Below, in pieces: positions 8,523 through 16,436 of a stretch of DNA of 64,000 nucleotides; position 1 is the stretch's first letter; the number at the start of each line of letters is the position of its first letter. This DNA comes from a virus, in IMG/VR virus record IMGVR_UViG_3300020470_001313, positions 64,001-128,000 of that record; one strand, written 5' to 3'. Position numbers and translations under genes: made by a program. The notes beneath the pieces are model-generated. The model was not told where the DNA came from. It saw only the letters and a program-made list of their open reading frames with translations, and did no database searches.

Positions 8523-11500
8523 TTAAGCGAATGAGGATATAGTCAAAGTAGTTACATCATTAGCAGCGACAGCTTCTCCAACCTTGAAGAATCCATCAAC
8601 ATTATCAACAGTAATTAAACTCGTACCCATAGCAGTGATAACTCCAGTAGTACCAGAGGTTGCTCCAGTTACTGTTGCACCAACTTCCATCGTTGTGATA
8701 TCAGCAAGTGCGAAGGTTGCATGAGTGAATACTGTAGCAGTATTAATCGTTGCGTTAGCAAAGATTGTAGCAATATCAATAGTTGAACTATTACCATGAA
8801 TAGCAGATACAGGTATCGTTGCACTGTTACCATGAATTGCAGAAACAGGAATGGTAGCACCATTACCATGAATAGCACCAACAGACAGGGTAGCAGTGCT
8901 ACCGTGGATAGCACCAACCGTAGTTGTTGCATTACCATGAATAGCAGCAACACCAGTAACTGCGTTACCATCTCCAGATCCATCAATTGTGATAGTGTCA
9001 GAAGCAGCATATCCAGTACCATCATTATTAATTACAGCACTTACTACGTGTCCAGATGAATTGGTAGTAATATCAAGAGTCAATCCAGTACCAGAGTTAT
9101 TAGTAGTTGTAGAAACACCAGTTATAGTTTGACTAGCAGGGTATCCAGTACCAGCTACCATTATTGAATTAAGAGTCTCAACACCAGTTGCATTAGCATT
9201 AGTTAATGTGATTGTATCTGATGCAGCATAACCAGAACCATCGTTAACGATAGTCATTCCAGTTACAGAACCAGATCCATTAACAGCAACAGTAACTGTT
9301 AATCCAGAACCAGATCCACCTGTTGTAGTTGCAACTGTGCCAGCAGAATAACCTGAAGCAGCAGCAGTAATAGAACCAAGTGTAGCAACACCAGATGCGT
9401 TAGCATTGGTGATTGTAATTGAATCACTATTAGCATAATTCAAACCATCATTATTAACTGTTACTCCAGTTACTCCACCAGATCCATTAACTGTAATGTC
9501 AACAGTTAAACCAGTACCAGATCCACCTGATGTGGTGGCAATTGCAGATCCCGCAGAATAACCACTACCAGCAGCAGTGATAGTTCCAAGTGTATTAACA
9601 CCAGATGCATTAGCGTTAGCAATCGTAATTACTTCAGAAGCAGCATATCCTGATCCATCATTGTTAATTGAAACACCATCAACAACACCGTTAGTAACAG
9701 TAACGTCAACAGTCAATCCAGTACCTGAACCAGATGATGTTGTTGCAAGAGCAGTACCTGTACCATATCCAGTACCGCCAGATGCAATTGAACCAAGTGT
9801 CTTAACACCAGATGCATTGGCATTGGTAATTGTAATTGTCTCAGCATTAGCATAACCAGATCCATCATCATTAATAGTTACTCCAGTTACGGCACCATTT
9901 CCATCAACTGTAATGTCAGCAGTTAATCCAGTACCAGATCCAGATGCAGTTGTTGCTATTCCAGATCCAGCAGCATAACCTGTTCCAGCAGTTGCAATAG
10001 AACCAAGAGTTCTAACACCTGTTGCATTTGCGTTAACAATAGTGATTGTGTCATCTACAGCATATCCTGTACCAGCAGCATTAATTGCTGCGTTAGTTAC
10101 AACACCATTAGATGTTGTAAGATTAAGTGTTAAACCTGATCCACTTCCTCCAGTAGTTGCAATAGCAGTTCCATTCGCATATCCTGTACCACCAACGAGA
10201 GTATCAACAGTGGAAGCACCACCAGCATTAGCATTAACAACTGTAATTGTTTCTCCGTTAGCGTATCCTGTACCTGGTGCGTTAACTGCAATGTTTGTAA
10301 TATTACCATTTCCATCAACAGTAGTGTCAAAGGTTAATCCAGATCCACTTCCACCTGTTGTAGCAACTCCTGTAGCAGAACTAAATCCACCAACACCACC
10401 TGATAATGTACCCAAGTTCAAGGTAGAAACACCACCAAGGTTAGGGTTAGTGATTTGTAGATTATCTCCAATTAAATATCCTGAACCAGCACCATTTACA
10501 GCAAGAGCAGTTATAGCACCAGCAGCATTGACTGTAGTATCAACTGTCAATCCAGTACCAGTACCACCAGATGTGGCAACAGCAGTTCCAGCACTGAATC
10601 CACCAAGACCACTAGCAGTGATTGATCCAAGACTTACAACAGTTCCTGGTGTAGGATCTCCAGATAGATTAAGTGTTAATGTTGTAGAAGTAGCAAGGTT
10701 GTTTAACATAGCACTAAGTTGTGCGTATGCATTATCAAGTTTTGCTTGAACTCTTGCTTCTGTATAGTAAAGGTTAGTTCCCTCAGCAAGATCAGCAGTA
10801 TCATGGTTGTTAAGGTTTGCTGCCTGAGTAGCAGTTGCAGGAGTAATATCTCCAGTACCATCAAAGGCAGTACCACCAATATTTCTTGCGGTTGCTAAAG
10901 CAGTTGCAGTTGCAGCATTTCCAGAGGTATCCTGATTACCCGCTGTATTAACGCCAGGAAGGTTTATAGCAGCAGTACCATCAAATGATACTCCACCAAT
11001 GTTTCTTGCCGTTTCAAGGGCAGTAGCAGTGTCTGCGTTACCTGTAACATCACCAGTCAAATTACCAGTCACATTACCTGTTATTGTACCACCTGCTTCA
11101 ATATCATCCGTCCAGATCTTACTCCATCTATGAGTAGTCGTTCCTAAAGTATAAGAACTATCTGTGTCAGGTTTAATATTCTTAGAATCTGTAGTTGCAG
11201 CAAGAAGGTTACCAGTTACATTACCAGTAACAGATCCAGTTAGTGATGCTGTAATAACACCAGCAGCAAAGTTACCCGATGCGTCACGAATGACTAGGTT
11301 GTTTGCAGAATTAGCAGAGTTAGATGTAATTGTAATACTTGGATCACCAGCAACACCACCACCATTTGTAATACCAATACCACCACCAGATACCTGAATG
11401 GTACGTTGAGCATAAGTGTTGGCAGCTGTACGGGCAACCAGACCTGTTCCACTCATTCCTGCCAAAGCAGTTATATCTGCATCATCATAGGTAGTAGTAA

Positions 11501-14500
11501 CCGTAAAGTCTGCACTACCATTAACTGAAACCGAACCATTTACTACACCATCAATGGTGAGAGTTCTAGCAGTTTTCCAAACATCAGCAGAAGTTGCGTT
11601 ACCTTGAATACCTGCACCAGCTCCAGCAGCACTTTCAACAGTGATGATATGAGCAGAGAAGTCTCCAGAAGAGTCACGAGCAACAACTGTAGAGTTTGTA
11701 GCAGCAGTTGCAGTTGTCATTCCATCTAACAAGTCTGCGTTAAGGTTAGTAATCTTAACTGTGTTAGGAATAACTAAAGCAGGACCAGAGGAAACTTGTG
11801 AAATTAATTGTCCGTCAACAGTAATAGTACCATCAACGTTTACGTTGTTATCTACATCAAGAGCAGTACCAGCACCAGTAATATTAACTGCACCAACCTG
11901 TAAAGTACCATCAGTTCCACTAAATGTCTCAGCACTATTGGTTGCGTCAGTTAAAAGTCTAAATGTATTGAGGTTGTTATCCCATCCAAGGAATCCAATT
12001 CTTGCAGCAGTATCGTAGTATCTAAACTCAATACCACGATCTAAACCATCATTAGAAGTAGGAGCAGTAGCACCACCAAGAGTCATTACGGGATCTTCTA
12101 CCGTAGTGACCGTACTTTCAACAGTAGTTGTAGATCCTAGTACGGTGAGGTTTCCACCCACTTGGAAATTATTTCTTACTTCAGCATTACCTGAAGATGT
12201 ATCTACAAAGAAACTATTCTGAGTTCCAACAGTATCATATACAATGAAATCTCCACCAGTGTAAAGGTTCTTATCTACTCTTGCACCACCAGCAGTTGTT
12301 AATGATACCTGAGCATCAGCAAAGGATGTAATATCCTTAGTATCTGTGATAGTAATCTTACCAGCAAATGCTGCATCATCAGTCTGAGTTAAAGTTCCTG
12401 TAGTTTCTAAGTTACCATAAACTCTTGCACTACCACCAATAGCAGTGTCTCTAGCAATACCAACACCACCAGTTACTTGTAATGAACCATCAGCAGCATA
12501 AGATCCTGTTAAGGTTTGCTGTGTGTTGTTAGTAATAGATGTAATACCAGTAACACCTAGAGTGTTGTTAATACCAGCAGCAAGAGATACGTCTAGTGTA
12601 CCTGAGATATTTGTATTACCATTATCAGTATCTACTGTAAACTTATCTACAGCACCAGCAGTCTGAATCTTGAACATCTTATTATCAGACTTGACAATAA
12701 GATCATCTTGAATAGTTGTAGCACCATCAACATTTAATGTGCTATCAAAATCAACTGCATCCTGACCATTCAGTGTACCTTTAATAATTGTATTACCAGT
12801 TGAAGATGCAACTGTAAATTTATCAGTAGTTCCAGATCTAACTGCAAAGTCATTATCTACATCTACAGTTCCATTGAACTCTGAATTATTTGTAACTTCT
12901 AATGTTCCACCAATAGTTGTATTACTATCAACGTTAAGAGTTGAATTTAACTCAGTGTGTCCATCAGCAGTTAGAGTACCCTCAATATTAGTATTACCAG
13001 TTACGTTGTCAACAAAGAACTTATCAGTTGTACCATTTCTAACTGCAAAGTCTGCATCTACGTCAACAGTACTATTAAATTCTGTGGCACCAGTTACAGT
13101 TACGTCACCATCTATTTGTACATCTCTACCAAGAGTAGTATCACCATGAACTGTGAATGTACCTACAGTTGCTGAACCAGTTGAAGATATACCAACAACT
13201 GTATTACCAGTAGGACCATCAACACTAAACTTAACTGTATCTCCAGAGTTTTTCTTACCTACAAATAAACCTTCTCCAGTACCAGTACCACCAATGTGTA
13301 ATGAAGTATTAATACCAGCACCACCATATACTCTTAAGTTAGAAGTGTTATGGTTTGAGTAACTTGGAGTGTATGCAGAAACAGAACCAGTACGTAATTT
13401 ATAACGTATTGATAGGTAGTTCCTTAAACCGTAGTTCTCAGTTGCGTCTTCTTGCTGGTTAAAGTCACCGTTAAGATATAAATCACCATTGAATAATACA
13501 TTCTTATCAAAGTATGCACCACCATCTACTCTTAATGCACCATAATCATTATTCTGAATTGAGTGAGGAGCACCAGATAGAATATCAGGATTATCTGTAG
13601 ACTCAAAATGAACAAGACCAGCTACATTTAACTGTGCAGCAGCATCAATATTACCAGTTTGATTTAATACACCACCAATGTCAACATTACCTGTAGTGGT
13701 ATGAAGTGTAGTCTTAGTAGTTCCTGAACCATTCTTAAGTTCTAAAGTCTTAGAAGCACCTTGGAATACAATATTATCATCAAATCTACTTGTACCATGA
13801 GTACGGAAGTTAGTATCTACATCTAACGTACCACCAATATTTACATCTTGTGTAATACCAACACCACCTGCAACTACCAAATCTCCAGTAGTATTAGATG
13901 TTGAGTTAGTATTTGTTGTTAGTTTTAAGTTACCAGCGATGACCCCTGCATCTGTTCCAGAGAATACCTCTGAGGTATTTGTGGCATCGTAGAGGAATGT
14001 GAATGCTCCTGTATGGCCTCCAAGATCAGCGGCCGAATCGTCGTAACCAAAGAATCCAATTTTTGCGCTTGCGTCGTAATATCTGAATTCAACTCCTCTA
14101 TCCTTATTGTCGTCTGACGCAGGAGCAGTATCCCCGCCAAGAGTAACGATAGGATCATCAACAGCAAGAGTGGTTGAATTAACCGTTGTAGTTGTTCCAT
14201 CTACTTGTAAATCTCCACTTACTACTACGGTTCCAGTGATCGCACGATCATCACCTGGATCCAAATACATTGTTGCATTACTAGTAGCAATATAATTGGT
14301 TTGTATTTTTACATCTTCTATATGAACTTTACCAGTTGCTTCAGTAGCATCAATAGTTACAGTATCTTCTGCTTGAATAACAACATTACTTGTTCCAGCA
14401 CCAGTATTAGCAGCAACAAGTGTTAGGTTTCTAGCATTAGCACTGTTCTGAGATATTCCAAGGGTGAAGTTTCCATCACCTGTCTTGCTTATTGTCTGAT

Positions 14501-15881
14501 TAGTTGCTCCATCAAATGTTACATCGGGGTCACTGAAGTAAGATCTGACGTTAATATCAATCTCTCCACTGCCACTGTCGCCAGTATTATTAGCACCGAA
14601 TAGAAGATTCCCTGAAGTATCGTTAATTTTAACATAGTTTAAATAATCAAATCCATGATGTGAACCAGCTACAGTTAATTCCTGATCTAGTTCAAAGTGT
14701 TGTTGCGTGTTGTTATCAGAGAAGGATATTCTATTGTTTTGAAGTTGAGTATTATCAACACCCAAAGCACTGATGCTGACATGACCGTTATCATCAACAT
14801 CAAAATCTTCCTGTGCAAAGGAAGCGAGACCTTTCTGTTCCGTCTTCGCCGCAGCAAGATATCTCCATCCTCCAGTATCAGAAGCATCCGTATGAGTAGG
14901 TGCGCCACCTCCAGACGCAATGCCTGTAATAGCCTGATAAACCTTCGTAGCGTTCTCAATAATATCGTAACGTACATATGTTGTACCTGCATTATAAGCA
15001 GCATACTTACTACCTTCTATTGCAGTAGCAATAGGAATAGTTTCTGCTGAAGTAAATCTACCCCACTGATCAACTGTGAATTGTGTTGTGTTTACAGTTA
15101 TATCAGAGTTAGTTGGAAGATCATCACCACCAACTGAAATAAGAGCTGGAGCATTATATGCACCAACATTAGCAATGAACTCTGCTTCTGATGCAATAGT
15201 TGTATCAATAAGGTCAATAGTTGGGTTACCAGCTACACCACTACCATTAACAATAGAAATCTTACCAGAAGAACCCTGAAGAGTTCTAGGAATCATATTA
15301 CCTGCTGATGCCCTAGTAATCAAACCTGTTGCAGTCATTCCTGCAATAGATGTTAAGTCAGTATCTAATGGTTGTACGTCTGTTAAACCGAGATCAACAT
15401 AAGAAGAAGGTGAAGCACCTGTAGTAATCCTACCTTTCGCGTCTACTGTTACCTTTGTATATTGCCCTGAAGAAGTTGTTGTACCATCATAATGTGGTAA
15501 TGTAGTTAAGATCTGTAATTGTGCCGATATTGATAAGTTAGAAGATCCATCAAATGTGCCCGAACCTGCTAAGTCACTTGATAACTGTATCTGACGTGGG
15601 TTTGCTAGTCTGGATGCTGTAGCAGCATTACCGATAACAGTTGCGGTGATAGATCCTGCACTAAAATTACCGTCTGCGTCCCTTGCGACAAGAGTGTTTG
15701 CTGTGTTAGCAACTGACTCTATCGGTCTAGCATATGGCAGCGTGTTCCAACCCCTAACACCATCACCAATTTTGAATCGGTTTGTATCAAGTTCAATTCC
15801 AAGTTCACCTTGGGCTAACGTTGGGTTTTCGTTTGCCCACTCTTGAGCACCCCCTCGTCTTAGTTGAATTCTATTAGCCAT
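8523..15881 (-). CDS. Long fibre protein (2,452 aa) at the position just upstream of gp13
   Basis: Mtd/hyaluronidase-type N-terminus (RIQLRRG...W...NPTLAQGELGIELDT..FKIGDG); fibre repeats (GNLTV.GTTT.V.S...V.DP...DRG; GNA.TAT.L.TAR.IGG..FDG); C-terminal Gly-rich modules. Confidence 0.88.
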   Translation of the reverse strand: MANRIQLRRGGAQEWANENPTLAQGELGIELDTNRFKIGDGVRGWNTLPYARPIESVANTANTLVARDADGNFSAGSITATVIGNAATASRLANPRQIQLSSDLAGSGTFDGSSNLSISAQLQILTTLPHYDGTTTSSGQYTKVTVDAKGRITTGASPSSYVDLGLTDVQPLDTDLTSIAGMTATGLITRASAGNMIPRTLQGSSGKISIVNGSGVAGNPTIDLIDTTIASEAEFIANVGAYNAPALISVGGDDLPTNSDITVNTTQFTVDQWGRFTSAETIPIATAIEGSKYAAYNAGTTYVRYDIIENATKVYQAITGIASGGGAPTHTDASDTGGWRYLAAAKTEQKGLASFAQEDFDVDDNGHVSISALGVDNTQLQNNRISFSDNNTQQHFELDQELTVAGSHHGFDYLNYVKINDTSGNLLFGANNTGDSGSGEIDINVRSYFSDPDVTFDGATNQTISKTGDGNFTLGISQNSANARNLTLVAANTGAGTSNVVIQAEDTVTIDATEATGKVHIEDVKIQTNYIATSNATMYLDPGDDRAITGTVVVSGDLQVDGTTTTVNSTTLAVDDPIVTLGGDTAPASDDNKDRGVEFRYYDASAKIGFFGYDDSAADLGGHTGAFTFLYDATNTSEVFSGTDAGVIAGNLKLTTNTNSTSNTTGDLVVAGGVGITQDVNIGGTLDVDTNFRTHGTSRFDDNIVFQGASKTLELKNGSGTTKTTLHTTTGNVDIGGVLNQTGNIDAAAQLNVAGLVHFESTDNPDILSGAPHSIQNNDYGALRVDGGAYFDKNVLFNGDLYLNGDFNQQEDATENYGLRNYLSIRYKLRTGSVSAYTPSYSNHNTSNLRVYGGAGINTSLHIGGTGTGEGLFVGKKNSGDTVKFSVDGPTGNTVVGISSTGSATVGTFTVHGDTTLGRDVQIDGDVTVTGATEFNSTVDVDADFAVRNGTTDKFFVDNVTGNTNIEGTLTADGHTELNSTLNVDSNTTIGGTLEVTNNSEFNGTVDVDNDFAVRSGTTDKFTVASSTGNTIIKGTLNGQDAVDFDSTLNVDGATTIQDDLIVKSDNKMFKIQTAGAVDKFTVDTDNGNTNISGTLDVSLAAGINNTLGVTGITSITNNTQQTLTGSYAADGSLQVTGGVGIARDTAIGGSARVYGNLETTGTLTQTDDAAFAGKITITDTKDITSFADAQVSLTTAGGARVDKNLYTGGDFIVYDTVGTQNSFFVDTSSGNAEVRNNFQVGGNLTVLGSTTTVESTVTTVEDPVMTLGGATAPTSNDGLDRGIEFRYYDTAARIGFLGWDNNLNTFRLLTDATNSAETFSGTDGTLQVGAVNITGAGTALDVDNNVNVDGTITVDGQLISQVSSGPALVIPNTVKITNLNADLLDGMTTATAATNSTVVARDSSGDFSAHIITVESAAGAGAGIQGNATSADVWKTARTLTIDGVVNGSVSVNGSADFTVTTTYDDADITALAGMSGTGLVARTAANTYAQRTIQVSGGGIGITNGGGVAGDPSITITSNSANSANNLVIRDASGNFAAGVITASLTGSVTGNVTGNLLAATTDSKNIKPDTDSSYTLGTTTHRWSKIWTDDIEAGGTITGNVTGNLTGDVTGNADTATALETARNIGGVSFDGTAAINLPGVNTAGNQDTSGNAATATALATARNIGGTAFDGTGDITPATATQAANLNNHDTADLAEGTNLYYTEARVQAKLDNAYAQLSAMLNNLATSTTLTLNLSGDPTPGTVVSLGSITASGLGGFSAGTAVATSGGTGTGLTVDTTVNAAGAITALAVNGAGSGYLIGDNLQITNPNLGGVSTLNLGTLSGGVGGFSSATGVATTGGSGSGLTFDTTVDGNGNITNIAVNAPGTGYANGETITVVNANAGGASTVDTLVGGTGYANGTAIATTGGSGSGLTLNLTTSNGVVTNAAINAAGTGYAVDDTITIVNANATGVRTLGSIATAGTGYAAGSGIATTASGSGTGLTADITVDGNGAVTGVTINDDGSGYANAETITITNANASGVKTLGSIASGGTGYGTGTALATTSSGSGTGLTVDVTVTNGVVDGVSINNDGSGYAASEVITIANANASGVNTLGTITAAGSGYSAGSAIATTSGGSGTGLTVDITVNGSGGVTGVTVNNDGLNYANSDSITITNANASGVATLGSITAAASGYSAGTVATTTGGSGSGLTVTVAVNGSGSVTGMTIVNDGSGYAASDTITLTNANATGVETLNSIMVAGTGYPASQTITGVSTTTNNSGTGLTLDITTNSSGHVVSAVINNDGTGYAASDTITIDGSGDGNAVTGVAAIHGNATTTVGAIHGSTATLSVGAIHGNGATIPVSAIHGNSATIPVSAIHGNSSTIDIATIFANATINTATVFTHATFALADITTMEVGATVTGATSGTTGVITAMGTSLITVDNVDGFFKVGEAVAANDVTTLTISSFA
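8691..10649 (-). repeat. Eight ~70-aa Gly-rich beta modules followed by eight 11-12-aa closing segments (nested repeat)
   Basis: GVxTLGSI..AGTGY...TTxGSGTGLTVD...V..NDGSGY...TITI.NANAx x8, then NAxxxVxAIHG-like segments x8. Confidence 0.85.
13925..14200 (-). CDS. Candidate overprinted gene C (+1 frame in the fibre): TM anchor plus coiled coil, 91 aa
   Basis: MEQLQRLIQPLLLLMILSLLLAGILLLRQTTIRIEELNSDITTQAQKLDSLVTTI...; clean heptad pattern; GGAG 12 nt upstream; host-frame GC3 about 34% versus about 11-14% in flanks (hand count). Confidence 0.55.
   Translation of the reverse strand: MEQLQRLIQPLLLLMILSLLLAGILLLRQTTIRIEELNSDITTQAQKLDSLVTTIRPLILEAIQEHSHSSTMPQIPQRYSLEQMQGSSLVT
14519..14635 (-). 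CDS. Candidate overprinted gene B (+1 frame in the fibre): 38-aa single-TM peptide
   Basis: Hand translation MLKLTILQGIFYSVLIILATVAVERLILTSDLTSVTPM; host-frame GC3 13/39. Confidence 0.35.
   Translation of the reverse strand: MLKLTILQGIFYSVLIILATVAVERLILTSDLTSVTPM
14687..15004 (-). CDS. Candidate overprinted gene A (+1 frame in the fibre): amphipathic/basic N-region plus one TM, 105 aa
   Basis: LLRTLRRFIRLLQALRL...RRRRNRK...ILMLMITVMSASVLWVLIILNF; many Arg residues arise from rare GCG/ACG codons in the fibre frame; AAGGT/AGGT 7 nt before the ATGs at 15004 and 14977. Confidence 0.5.
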   Translation of the reverse strand: MLLIMQVQHMYVTILLRTLRRFIRLLQALRLEVAHLLIRMLLILEDGDILLRRRRNRKVSLPLHRKILMLMITVMSASVLWVLIILNFKTIEYPSLITTRNNTLN

Positions 15882-15919
15882 TTGTTATATATTCGTGATG
15901 GGCACAGATCTATCCTAGA

Positions 15920-15927
15920 TATTTATA
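15920..15927 (-). promoter_or_regulatory. T4-type late promoter TATAAATA
   Basis: Perfect gp55 consensus about 40 nt upstream of the fibre start. Confidence 0.85.
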
Positions 15928-15929
15928 AC

Positions 15930-15956
15930 AAAAAAAGAAGGGGTCATGTGACCCCT
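15930..15956 (-). terminator. Rho-independent terminator
   Basis: AGGGGTC-4nt-GACCCCT stem followed by TCTTTTTTT on the minus strand, just after the stop at 15962. Confidence 0.85.
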
Positions 15957-15961
15957 GACCT

Positions 15962-16186
15962 TTATTCTTCAGTTGTAACTTCATCTACTGCTGGAGGACC
16001 GTCCTCAAGATACTGCAAAGTCTCTAGCGCACCTTGCAATTTGAGAGCAGTAGTCTCATTTTCTTTAATTTTTGCTGCCAATTGATTGTTTTCATTAACC
16101 AATTTGGTTAGTCTCTCAGTGAATTGAGCTTTCAATTCTTCAGGAGATACCTTTTCAACTGGGTTCTCAGTTGGAGTTGCTGTCAT
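15962..16186 (-). CDS. Small coiled-coil protein, hypothetical (possible fibre chaperone)
   Basis: LTKLVNENNQLAAKIKENETTALKLQGALETL; GGAG RBS. Confidence 0.8.
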   Translation of the reverse strand: MTATPTENPVEKVSPEELKAQFTERLTKLVNENNQLAAKIKENETTALKLQGALETLQYLEDGPPAVDEVTTEE

Positions 16187-16436
16187 TTTCTTTATTAAGT
16201 AAGAGTTTCAGTAGGTCTTTGACATCGCCTATATCAGATTTTAACCCATCTACGTCATTTTGTAAAGTGGTAAAATCTTTTTTCTTAGCTTGTCTTGCTT
16301 CATATTGTGCCATGTACTCATCGTACTTGGCAACGTTGCAGTTAACAACTGCATTTGAATAAGGATCACGATACCACCCATCCTGTCCTTCAACAGGAAT
16401 GAGATCTTCGGTAAAGTTAATTTCGTTATCAATCAT
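16167..16436 (-). CDS. Conserved cyanophage hypothetical protein
   Basis: IPVEG..GWYRDP.SNAVVN...LKSDIGDVKDLLKLLL; ATGA overlap with the upstream stop. Confidence 0.8.
   Translation of the reverse strand: MIDNEINFTEDLIPVEGQDGWYRDPYSNAVVNCNVAKYDEYMAQYEARQAKKKDFTTLQNDVDGLKSDIGDVKDLLKLLLNKENDSNSN

Noticed and set aside
8669-9025. 118-aa hydrophobic +1-frame ORF in the fibre tip (also 10130-10330 and 6955-7194)
   Set aside because: L/V/M/Q composition is what T/A third positions generate automatically; it lies over repeats, and no codon shift like that at 13925-15004 was apparent.
15500-15881. Raised GC3 at the 5' end of the fibre gene
   Set aside because: The +1 frame has several stops, so there is no overprinted ORF; likely a gene-start effect. 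It shows that GC3 alone is not proof of overprinting.
8523-15881. Diversity-generating retroelement target suggested by the Mtd-like N-terminus
   Set aside because: No reverse transcriptase or template/variable repeat pair was seen in the window; this N-terminal domain is a common fibre anchor.
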